The notes beneath the pieces are model-generated. The model was given only the letters and a program-made list of their open reading frames with translations. It ran no database searches and was not told the origin of the DNA. Shown piece by piece: positions 38,717 to 49,356 of a stretch of 64,000 nt of DNA. The translations under genes and the position numbers were made by a program. Each line of letters opens with the position of its first letter. The first letter of the stretch is position 1. The stretch is from Callorhinchus milii. Taxonomy: Eukaryota. Location of the stretch: assembly GCF_018977255.1 (NCBI RefSeq), contig NW_024704742.1, positions 5,334,001-5,398,000 of the forward strand. The letters are read 5' to 3'.

Positions 38717-38764
38717 GAGGACGTCATTAATACCCAATGTGGCTACGATGTGAGACTCAAAGAG
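38717..38764 (+). CDS. TSPAN5: TSPAN5 exon 6, 48 nt: EDVINTQCGYDVRLKE
   Basis: ctttgcag| acceptor and |gtgagt donor; TspanC8 NTQCGY motif. Confidence 0.94.
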
Positions 38765-39655
38765 GTGAGTGAATGGGAACTGATATGAAGAGTGGGACAG
38801 GTCCTTCACATTGTGTGATGTGCGTCAGTGAGTTGTTAACCTCCCCGTTTTCACTCTGTGTTCTGGCTGTGTTTACCGCACAGATCCTTTCAACCCGTCT
38901 CTTCAGTGTGACAGTATCAGTTCCAGACGCACATTGCGGCTACAGATTAACTGCTAACACAGTGTTACTGGTCAGACCCAACTGAGGGCAATCAGCCTCC
39001 ATTCCTGGAATGTGTTGCGTACCGTGAAAGCCAGTGGAGTCACATAAGAGCTTGGGAATCTTAGAGCTTGCTCATAGTCCAAAACAAGAAGTGCCTCTGA
39101 TATCATGAAAGGTGCTGGAGCTGTGGAAAATTCACTGCTTATGTTACAAGGTGGGGTGGGGGGGGGGGGTCAGAAAAGGAGGAGGAAGGAGTGAGAAGAG
39201 GAGCAATGTCACACAAACAGCCATGGAGTGAATGATCAATTATTATCTGGGGGTTTGTCAGGCAGGACACCAGGAGAAACTTTCTTCTCTTTTCACATAG
39301 AGCCATGTCATCATTAACATCTGCCTGAACAAGCAGATGGGGCCTTGGTTTAACGCGTTATCTGAAGGACATCACCTCCAACAGTCCAGCACGTCCCCAG
39401 CACTGCACTGGAGGGTTAGCTTAGATTTATATGAGTTCCAAGTCTGACATGGGACTGGAAGTCAGAGGCCAAAGGGGAACCAACTGATCCGGATTGAGAG
39501 TGTTTCCCAGTGTAACCAGTTTACTGACGCTGATGAAAGAACCTGGTAAAATACATCCAGTGAGTCATCTTTGGCTGAACCCTCTGTACTGTGTGCTTGC
39601 TTACTCATCAGCACATTACTAAGGCCTTCGGGTGACACGTATATCTATTGTGCAG

Positions 39656-39772
39656 ATCCTTGAGCAACAGAACTACATCAACACAAAAGGATGCGTTGGG
39701 CAGTTTGAGAAATGGCTCCAGGATCACCTAACAGTGGTTGCAGGAATATTTATTGGGATCGCACTGTTACAG
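39656..39772 (+). CDS. TSPAN5: TSPAN5 exon 7, 117 nt: ILEQQNYINTKGCVGQFEKWLQDHLTVVAGIFIGIALLQ
   Basis: tgtgcag| acceptor and |gtgagt donor; KGC motif and TM4. Confidence 0.95.
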
Positions 39773-40639
39773 GTGAGTGGTACTGATCCATTTCTAAACC
39801 TGCCCCTTCCCATCACTCCCATCCTCACTCAGCTCCACTGGCTCCCCATGCCTCAGTCGAACAAATTCAGAATTCTTATCCTCAATTGCAAACATACATG
39901 ACCTCACCCCACCCTTATCTCTGTGACCTCCCGTAACCCTATCCCGGCCTCTGCTCAGCGGACGCTTCCCTACCTGTCTGCTCCTCGCTACCATTGGCGG
40001 GTGAGCCTTCAGCCATTCTGCCCTTGTTCTCTGCATCTCCTGCCCAGAGCCCTTCCACCTTGCCCCCATCCCAACCTTATTTCCCACCTATCTCACCATG
40101 CTTTCAGACACCTTTCTCTCCTCCCCACCGCCCACCGCCTCACCATCAAACTCCAGTTCCCAGTCAGCTGTGTGTAGTGTTTTGAAGTGCCGACATGAAA
40201 GGCTCTCGACATATAAATTGTTGTATTTTCACACCGTGGAGCATTTTTATGTAGCATTCATATACTGCAACTCCCACAGCAGCCCTGCCTCTGGAGTAAT
40301 CAACCAGAGGCAAGTCCTTCACACAAGGTAGTGTTTCGGAGAACTTCCAAAGCAGCAGCATCCAGAACGGCAGAACAAATACAGTAACGTTCACATAAAT
40401 CTGATCTATAAGTCATATAATCTGCCCAAGTCCCATTCAAGAGTTTATATTCTCTGCAAGTTTGACGTAACTCGTATTAAATGTATGGTCCTGATTGATA
40501 CAACTTAGCTGAGGTTTACTGTACACCATGAGTCTCCAAGAGATTTATCATTTTCGCTAGAGATGTGAAATTCACCCAGAGATTAATCCTGATATTGTGA
40601 ACCGACATTGCGGTCAGGTTTAAACAGAATACAAAGAAG

Positions 40640-41752
40640 CCACATTTCTCTGGGGACTGGGTGGTACAGTGAGAAGAATGCCTTTTCTTCTCCGGGTAAA
40701 GAAAGAAAAAACGTTCTGGTGTCCAGCCTGAATTGAACTCTAAACCTTATGTCCTCTTGTTCTATTGTCATTCCTCTAACGCTGTGCATCCTAGAGTATG
40801 GGTTTACTTATTCAATCCCATTTAAAATGTTGTACGCCTCTATGAGGTCCCTTCTGAGTCATCTTCTCTCAAGACTGAAGAGTTGTTGTGCATAGCTCAT
40901 TCCTCTAACAGTGGACATTATCCTCATTGCTCACCTCTGCCCTTGAAGTGCTCCAGGATACTACCCCACATGATGGGCGCTATATAAATGCGAGTTGTTG
41001 TTTTTGTATGTTGCGGTGACCAGACTTTGCAGTATCCAGGGTGTGGTCTGACCAGAGCATGGAACAGCCTGAGTATGACGTCTGTGGATCTAAACTCAAC
41101 TGAGTTAACAGTACAGCCCAGCATCCTGTTTGCCTTGGTTATTGCTGCCTCAAACTCTTTTCACAGCGTGAGCAATGAGTCATCTAACACCCCTAGATCA
41201 CGTTCTGCTTCCCCCAGGCTAGTTCTCTCCCATCCATCAAGTACTTTTGTTTCTTATTCTTACATCCAGTATGTAGAATCTTGCATTGATCAGTACTAAA
41301 CTTGATTTGCCAGTTATCGGCCCATGTGCATTCCCTGTCAAGCTCTTTTTGTAGGACCTTTGCTGCCCCCCCCCTCTGATTCCACAGTTTCCCCCCAATT
41401 TGGTGTCAAGTTTAAGTGCTCCATTGTGTCTGCGAATCCAAGTCATCACGTTTTGTGAGAAACAGGAGGGGCTCTGCTTCCTTCCCTTCAGCCCGTACTG
41501 AATCCATGTCCATGCCTTATCCTTGATACTCAGTGACCACAGTTTGTGGAGGAGTCTTTCATGTGATACTTGATTGAACGCCTTTTGGGAGTCCAAATAT
41601 TCTGCAATCACATGGCAATTTGGACCGTTACTTCGTCCTATGAGATTGGTCAGACAAGACCTACGCTTTCTGAATCTGTGTTGACTGCCATTTATTAGAT
41701 TATTCTTATGTAGGTAATCTTCCACTTGCTTTCTGATGATTGACTCCATAAC
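40640..41752 (-). mobile_element. Decayed CR1 LINE ORF2 (reverse transcriptase region) in TSPAN5 intron 7
   Basis: MESIIR...SQHRFRKRRSCLTNL...YLDSQKAFNQVSHERLLHKL and LFHALVRPH peptides, with frameshifts. Confidence 0.92.
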
Positions 41753-42123
41753 CTTTCCTTTTTTTTTTCTCGCATTTATTGAAGTCTTACATCCTTATGC
41801 AAGACCAGCTCTTGTCCCTCGGCTCCAACATCAATGACCGTGCTTTCAGCCACTGTGCCCCAAACCTCCGGAACCCACTGCCTCGATCCCTCTGTCTTGC
41901 CCCCTCTTTGCCGGTCTTCAGATCACACCTGAAGACTTTCCTCCGACCAACCGTCTGTCCGTGCCTACGGTCACCTCCCCTTTCTCCCTGCCTCGGCACC
42001 AAACTATACCATTGTCCAGTCCTCCGAGATGTTCCATCGCCTGATGAGTTTTGTATAAACGCGTGTTGTTGTTTCAATGTTAAAGACAGTTTCAGTGATG
42101 TTTGGCTTGCTCATCTCTTTCAG

Positions 42124-42189
42124 ATATTTGGGATCTGCCTGGCTCAGAACTTGGTCAGCGATATTGAAGCTGTCCGGGCGAGCTGGTAG
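42124..42189 (+). CDS. TSPAN5: TSPAN5 terminal coding exon 8: IFGICLAQNLVSDIEAVRASW*
   Basis: ctctttcag| acceptor; TAG at 42187-42189; the DIEAVRASW C-terminus matches TSPAN5. Confidence 0.95.
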   Translation: MFGICLAQNLVSDIEAVRASW

Positions 42190-43110
42190 CAACCATCACT
42201 GCCAAGCCAATCAGTCGAAATGCACCAAGTTACTGCACAGAGGAACGCGTAGCAGCCCTCTGGACTTCACTCTCGCATGGAGTAGTAAAACGTTCTGGGA
42301 TAAGAGTGGCCAGAGAACCCTGTGATGCTTTGAGAAATGGACGTTTCCCCAGTGTGACTGTTAGCAAATGCATGGGATTGCTTCTGTAGTCAACAAAAAA
42401 CTTACAGAGGAGACCCGAATGCAGCGGCAAAGTTGAAGTGACAGCTTCGCTTACAGATATCCCACCGTGTTATACAGGAGCTTTTAAACAGTTTGATAGC
42501 ACACACGAGATGGTTAAAAACGCTGCCGTAAACCAGAAGGTCCTGTATTCGGAAGCTCAGATGGGTAATGCCTCTGATCCCTTAAGTCTCTTTTGATGCT
42601 CAGTGGGAACTTCAACTCTGGAAAATAATGGGAGGGGAAATCATTATATCTTTTGAGTATACTATTTGGATCCACAATCTTTGTTTTACCTTCTCTCTCC
42701 CCCCACCACCTCCCCCACATTAAATATTTCGCCACGGTTTTACAACTGACATAAAAAATAGATGATCTTTAGTTAAAAGCCAGTTTGGTGAATTTAACTT
42801 CAATGGGGCAGCGGGTGTGGGGATGTAATCTAATGTTGTTTCTGTGCAGTTCTTTGCCAAATGTATATACAGATTTTAATTTTGAGGTAAATAGCAGTGT
42901 TCCTTAAAAATAATGCCTTTCTCTGGCTGTACCTGTACCCTTTTGTTTTTCTTTAAGGTTACATTTACGTTTACTTTTTTTTAAAAAAAAATACGCAGGG
43001 GTGACTCCCCTTCGCGTGAGAAAATGAAAATTCAGAGACGTTTCTGTCTTATCATCGGAAAAGGAGTTAGTATCTTAAGTTACTTTCTTTTTAGTTTTTT
43101 TTTTTGACAC

Positions 43111-43700
43111 ATACCTAAGAGTATCCAAACCAAGCTGAGAATTCCATGCATCCCACCTACTCATGGAAATCCCAGAGATTAGAGAGTGCGCATTCCAGTC
43201 CAGCAATCGCCCTGGAGGGACACATCCTGCTCACCTAATTCTGGAGAGTATTGGGCGCAGGTTGGCAAGAGTCGAAGGTAAGGGAACCCCAGAGTGTGCT
43301 TTGGGGTAACTGCTGGAGTCTAATCTTCTAAAACTGCATAGCTTGCCATTGATATTGTTGGCTGGCAAGCTTTCCCACTGCTTGTCCAGCTAAAGCCACC
43401 CTACCGGTTAGGGCTTTGGCTCGCAGGGTTAACAGGAGCCGAGCGGGATGACTCCCTGTCCCCAATCACTGGTCTGTCCTTCCAGGTCCTGCCGATGAGA
43501 TAGGCTGGCTGTGCTGTCATCAGCAGTGTCCTGGAAACCGAGGACCAGCCTGGCTCAGGAAACTGGACTCCCGAAACCGCCACCGAGGGCTGGCTCGATT
43601 CCGATATTCCATTGCCAAGCATGGCACCCAGGTCAGCTCCAGGGAAGCCCTGCTTACCCCCCTCCTCCCAGGAGGACATAGAAGCCCACAAGCACAATGT
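43111..43700 (+). mobile_element. Unclassified interspersed repeat; other copies near 13315-13482, 20595-20815 and 60020-60490
   Basis: Shared block ccctggagggacacatcctgct(c/t)acctaattctggagagtat...gccaaggc...ggaaccccagag in four places. Confidence 0.8.
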
Positions 43701-43836
43701 AAATGATTGAAGAAACCATAGATGATTTAAAATGACTTTTTAAGGCATCCTGCATAACACACAAGCTGCAGTTTATGTCACATTACACAATATTTAAGCA
43801 CCAGAAGCATTAGGATACAGTATTCCATAGAAATGC

Positions 43837-43842
43837 AATAAA
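43837..43842 (+). promoter_or_regulatory. Candidate TSPAN5 polyadenylation signal AATAAA
   Basis: AATAAA about 1.65 kb after the stop, followed about 30 nt later by a GT/T-rich tract (ttgtttggttt). Confidence 0.45.
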
Positions 43843-45419
43843 TTGACTATTTAACAACTCCTATCACGCCTCCTTGTTTGGTTTCCTCAGCTTCTGGCTC
43901 CTCTGAGAGAGCAATTCCTGCTCGCGGGTCGAAAGCAAAGTCAAAAGGATAGTGGGGCAAGATGGGAAGAAATCTTTTTCACACTGAGATGCTTCGCACC
44001 TTTCCAGTGTCGGGATTATTGCTTTGCCTCACGTAGCTCTTTAGCTCTACACAAACCACTTTCTACTCCAGGCGTCAATGTGATTGGAATGAATTTGTTC
44101 AAATCCCTTGGCTCCACATTGCACGGAAATAGTCGAGTTCTTGGGTGAAGCATAGCAGGAAGATCTCCAATCTTGACTGGAGATAGAGAAACGCACAGAG
44201 GGTGTGGAAGGGAGTCAATAAATATTTCGCCCACGAATATACAGTCAATTCACTTTACAGCATATTCTGTGAAGCCCTTTGAGACATCGAGAAGACGTGA
44301 AAAGCGCTCTGTTAAATGCAAAGAGTATTATAACATTTTATATTGAGTTAACAACTTGTGCAGAATTTACAGGACGAGTAAATATGCGATTGAGGTACGT
44401 TTTACTGGCAACCTACATTTTTTCCCTTTGTAAAAACTAAACATGGAAGAAATTGGGTAAAACCATCCGGACAGAGGAAATTACAGAAGCACCGAATCGT
44501 GTAAAGAAACCGTTGTAAATGGTCACAGAGTCGTTGAAATCCAATACAATGCTTGTTACAGTATGAATTCCCTCGATAAACGTGCGTTTGCCTGGTCAGC
44601 ACAACCTGAATTGTTCACTGCTTGTTAATTCTACTCGCAAATTGGAGTCCCGTATTGGGTATGTGGTGCTCAGTCCTTACTCTCGATCTTAACTTCTTTT
44701 ACGCGACTCTCACGTTCCTCACTCAAGGGCTCACAGCGCCTTTAAGTAGCTGAGGACTAGCTCCCTCAATTGGACATCCATGAAAATTACACCTGTGGAA
44801 TTACTCCCATGTTAAAATAAAGACTGATGGATCTTATCGACAGATTCACAAGCATTCACCTGCATTTTGCCTTTACTTTCATCAAACTCCAGTGACTGGA
44901 AACTTTAAGCCAGTTTAGATCATTTTAATGTCCATTCCCATTTTATAGCCTGAGCACGAGAGCCAGGCTTTTGTCTGGTGTTAGATTGGCTCGCTTGGGT
45001 CAAAAGGTTCCCGAGTTCCAAGTCCCACTTGACCTGATTGTCCAGTCTGAAGCTCCAGTGCAATACTATGAGAAGGAAGTTTCTCCTGGTCAACAATCTC
45101 TAGATTAATTGATCATTCACTTCCTGGCTGTTTGCGGGCCCTTGCCGGGGTACAAGACTACTGCATTTGCCTACAAAAACAGTCACGCCATCACTGCGCT
45201 TGATAGTGATCACTGTAAAGCCCTTTTGATAATACACTAAACAATAAAGTTCTTTCTTGATGGTTCATGTGTGGTTTGGCTTCTTCAGCTGTTGCTAATG
45301 GTTGTTTTTGTTGAGGACTGAAGGATGTATAGCAATCTAATTGCTGTCTACGGAATAACCGCAATAACTTCTTCTTGGTGACAAATGTCCTAAAATAGAG
45401 ACATTTATGAGAATAACAA

Positions 45420-46200
45420 CATTCCTCAAAAGACGCAATCTTGACCCCTCCAACCTCACAAATTACCATCCCATTTCCAACCTGCCCTTCCTTGCCAAAG
45501 CTCTAGAACAAATTGTCGCTAACCAGCTTAGCACTCACCTCTCGCTCCACGAGCCCCAGCATTCTGGTTTCTGCATTGCCCATTGCACAGCAGTCACAAA
45601 CCTGCCGATAGCTGGTCAAGGTCACAAACTACATCCTTTCTCGCTGTGACCAGGGCTCCCTCTGCCTCCTCATCCTCCTGGATCTCTCCTCCGTGTTCGA
45701 CACAGTTGACCAAGCCATCCTCCTCCACTGCCTCTTCTCCCTCATCCACCTCAGTGGGACTGCACTAGCCTGGCTCGAATCCTACCTAACAAACCACCTT
45801 CACTTTATCTCCTCAAACGGTTTCTTCTCCCGTCTCTGCCTTGTTGTGCACTTGTTGTGTACCCCAGGTCTCCATCCTTGGCCACCTCCTCCTTCTTCAT
45901 CTATATGCTCCCTCTTGGGGATGTCATCCGTAGACAAGAGGGTAAACTTCCTCTTGTATGCAGATGAAACATAAATCTACCTCTCCTTCTCCAGCTGCGG
46001 CTCCAAGGTCTAAATGAGTGAAAACTTCCTACAATTCAATGTTGACCAGACGGAAACTGTACTTATTGGCTCCCGTCAATGTCTTTTATCCTGCGGCTTT
46101 GACCTCCAACTTCTCCGGCTTATCCCTCACTTACCGAACCAGTGCGCAACCCAGGCGTCAGGTTCGACCCACTGCTATCCTTCCTTCCCCTCCACCTGAA
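45420..46200 (+). mobile_element. Decayed L2 LINE ORF2 (reverse transcriptase) between the two genes
   Basis: LDPSNLTNYHPISNLPFLAKALEQIVANQL, FDTVDQAILL, LYADET and MSENFLQFNVDQTE peptides. Confidence 0.92.
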
Positions 46201-46910
46201 GACCTTCCTATTCAAGACCTACGGTCACCTCCCCCTACCCTGGTTCGACGTCGTGCTCTGCCAGTCAAGTGCTCTGCGACGCTACCCCAAGTGAGGGACG
46301 CAAGTTGTTATAACGATGGGCCGAATGGCCTCTTTTTGTGCTGTATGATTCTATGATAATTTGAGTGCTGAAAGCTGCTCGAGAAACTTCCTGCAACTGA
46401 AAATAGCTCTTAAGCATTAATATAAGCATTATATAATTGTATCTAATTCTGGTCTCCACATTATAATAGAGGAAGGAATTATAGCAGCGATGGAAAGAGT
46501 ACAGCATAGGTTTACGCAGATAATACCAGGATTGGCAGGTTACTGCGATCAGGATAGACTAGATAGCATTTTTTGCTAGAAGAGGGGATCTAATAGAAGT
46601 GTTAAAATCATGAAAGGGTTTGATATCATGAAAGACTTCAGCACTCTTTATTTTCTCGGGAGCCCACAATGGTGGAAGTATTCAATCTATGTGAATCTTC
46701 TCACGCAGTTGAACATACTCAAATGAACGAAGGTGGAAGCGAAGGCCACAAATCTACCGAAAGCTGTGTTAGAAAGTAGCAGTTGCAAGAAAATGAGATG
46801 GTGGAATGCACCTACTACACCTACAGACTTGTAAACAAATTTCAGTTACTCCATTTTCAATCCTACACACTAAGAAAATCAACACATTAGACACCACTGG
46901 GAACTTACGG

Positions 46911-46921
46911 TTTAATTTATT
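46911..46921 (-). promoter_or_regulatory. Candidate RAP1GDS1 poly(A) signals (overlapping AATAAA/ATTAAA); another AATAAA lies at 47263-47268
   Basis: + strand tttaatttatt reads AATAAATTAAA on the - strand, about 520 nt after the stop. Confidence 0.45.
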
Positions 46922-47435
46922 AATTCTAGGTACCATGATATTACATCATTAACAGCCAACATTTGGGAAAGGTTCATGATGCACGCTATTTTGGTTTTTT
47001 TTTGGCTCTTGGAAGCATTAAGAATGGAGCATGAAGCAAGCTTCAATAGTTGAATCTAAAGGAAAATTTCAGGTTTTAAACTGCAGCGTCCTCAGTCTCT
47101 CGCGTTTATCACTGCATGGAATAGGAGTGCGGTGTCTGTGTAAGATGGGTGCAATTCTCCTAGAAACAGTCACATTGTTATTTTACTACGACATGCAAGT
47201 TCTACCACATTGTTTCTGGCAACAAGGGACATTGAAGAGGATGTGGAATGACAACTGGTAATTTTATTTGAGTCACAGCTCGCAGTTGAAATGACTTGGT
47301 CCCAGTTTCTGCCAGACTGGGCCCATCTATGCATGCACAGGGAGTGAGGAGGAAGAATGCCGCACGAGCAGCTCACAGCAGACAAAGGTGACCCGTTGAC
47401 GAGATACTGAAGGACAGGTAAACTGGGAACAAATC

Positions 47436-47563
47436 TCAGCTTTCAACAGTCAGTCTCTGCTCGGTCACGGATGCCTGCTGGGCGACAAGTTTGTTCTCGT
47501 GACTGCGGAGCTTGGACACCACCTCTTTGAATGGCATACTCTGTGCTTCCTTCTTGAGTAGTT
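47436..47563 (-). CDS. RAP1GDS1: RAP1GDS1 terminal coding exon (~15): ELLKKEAQSMPFKEVVSKLRSHENKLVAQQASVTEQRLTVES*
   Basis: ccctttcag| acceptor; TGA at 47438-47436; the TEQRLTVES C-terminus matches SmgGDS. Confidence 0.95.
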
Positions 47564-48248
47564 CTGAAAGGGTAAGAAAGAGACATTCAGCGATTTGCCT
47601 TGCAAATATATTCCCGCACCAGGCTCCGCGACCCTATCGCCCCTACCCTCGCCCCGGCTCCACTGGTGCCCCATCACTCAAGAGGATACAGTTCAAGATC
47701 CTGGTCCTCACCTTCAAAGTCCGACACGGCCTTGCTCCTGTCCGCTCTGTTAGCTCAGCAGCCTCAGGCCTGTCCACTCTGTTAGCTCAGCAGCCTCAGG
47801 CCTGCTTCACGTCTCCCACCTTGCTGGCCCCATCATTGGGGATGGGCCTTCAGCCTCTCTGCCTCCACCCTCTGAAACTCCATCCCACGGTCCCTCTGCC
47901 TCTCCCCTCCCTTGCCTCCTTCGAGATCAGTCTCAAGACCCTCCTCTTTGATCGTGCATTCGGTCACCCTCCTTCCCCTATCCTCTCCTCTGCAGTAAAC
48001 GCCCAGCATCTGGAAGTTTTTGTAATAATATTAGCTAATGCTCCACAAAGTCTATGAATTTCAAAACTTACTATTGCAAAAAAATTGGTACTATCAGATC
48101 AAGAACTCTCTATGACAATAGAACAGTTTGGCAGCCGTGGGATTAGGAATAAATTCCAGAAGCATTTTACTTACTCGTCAGATATCAACCAATCAACCAT
48201 GTTTGGCTCACTTTGTTACACTGATAACTCACAATGTGCAATGCTCAC

Positions 48249-48377
48249 CTGACCCCATGATGGTGCAAACCATGATCATTGAGTTGTACTTAATTTCTGG
48301 TGCACTGACATCATCAGAAACCAATTTGTGTAGAACTTGCACAAGTTTGGCATTCTCTAGATCCTGTTCTGCAGTAC
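48249..48377 (-). CDS. RAP1GDS1: RAP1GDS1 penultimate exon (~14), 129 nt: GTAEQDLENAKLVQVLHKLVSDDVSAPEIKYNSMIMVCTIMGS
   Basis: gttgttcccatcag| acceptor and |gtgagc donor; SAPEIKYNSM motif. Confidence 0.95.
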
Positions 48378-48387
48378 CTGATGGGAA

Positions 48388-48454
48388 CAACAACAACTTT
48401 ACATTTGTATGGCGCCTTTTACAACAGGAGGAAATCGAAAGGGACACTTATCCC
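48388..48454 (-). mobile_element. L2/SINE-type 3' tail (...aaaaggcgccatacaaatgtaaa(gtt)n) joined to the duplicate and ending 10 nt before the exon acceptor
   Basis: Resembles the ...aaaggcgctctataaatggaatc(ttg)n ends of the L2 copies at 11979 and 19920. Confidence 0.75.
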
Positions 48455-48961
48455 TTTTGGCTCTTGGAAGCATTAAGAATGGAGCATGAAGCAAGCTTCA
48501 ATATTTGAATCTAAAGGAAAATTTCAGGTTTTAAACTGCAGCGTCCTCAGTCTCTCGCGTTTATCACTGCATGGAATAGGGAGTGCGGTGTCTGTGTAAG
48601 ATGGGTGCAATTCTCCTAGAAACAGTCACATTGTTATTTTACTACGACATGCAAGTTCTACCACATTGTTTCTGGCAACAAGGGACATTGAAGAGGATGT
48701 GGAATGACAAATGGTAATTTTATTTGAGACACAGCTCGCAGTTGAAATGACTTGGTCCCAGTTTCTGCCAGACTGGGCCCATCTATGCATGCACAGGGAG
48801 TGAGGAGGAAGAATGCCGCACGAGCAGCTCACAGCAGACAAAGGTGACCCGTTGACGAGATACTGAAGGACAGGTAAACTGGGAACAAATCTCAGCTTTC
48901 AACAGTCAGTCTCTGCTCGGTCACGGATGCCTGCTGGGCGACAAGTTTGTGCTCGTGACTG
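48455..48961 (-). pseudogene. Intragenic duplicate of the RAP1GDS1 last-exon 3' end and 3'UTR (source 47000-47505), inserted in the intron before the penultimate exon
   Basis: Direct comparison shows 4 substitutions and one 1-bp insertion over ~506 bp; same orientation as the source. Confidence 0.96.
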
Positions 48962-49088
48962 GGAAGGGAATGTAAAGTAAAATATTCCAAAATTAAGTGC
49001 TAAGTATTAAGAAACGTTATGGAACGAACACCAATGCTAGTTATTTAAATGCCGTCTACCTTTCATGCTACAAAATATGCTTTTAAGC

Positions 49089-49356
49089 ATTTGTTTAGCA
49101 ACTTTACTAACCAATTAGTCACCAAGATGATAGAACCAAATGATTTTTTTTTCCCCCTGCTACCTTCAAAAGAAATCCTCACATGATTTGAACTCCTTCT
49201 TTGGTAAAATGGTTTTTCCCCCTGCCACTTTGCCCCTACAGAAGCAGTCCAAATCATGTGAGAATTTTTTTTTGAAGGTAGCAGGGGGAAAAAAAAATCA
49301 TTTGGTTCTATCATCTTGGTGATCGTAATTGGTTATAGTAAACTTGCTAAATAAAT
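49089..49356. repeat. Long inverted repeat (foldback, MITE-like), ~110-bp arms and ~40-bp spacer
   Basis: tcaccaagatgatagaaccaaatgatttttttttccccctgctaccttcaaaa (from 49119) has its exact reverse complement ending at 49322; the outer and inner arms pair imperfectly. Confidence 0.93.

Noticed and set aside
47170..48841. Two near-identical 71-aa ORFs (47170-47385 and 48626-48841) suggesting a duplicated small gene
   Set aside because: They lie in the RAP1GDS1 3'UTR and its duplicate, start at non-ATG codons and show no coding signal.
48455..48961. The duplicate as a simple assembly or haplotype artefact
   Set aside because: It has five private differences, is non-tandem, and has a 6-bp flanking duplication and an attached element tail, and removing it restores a canonical acceptor. 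An artefact is unlikely, though read confirmation is still needed.
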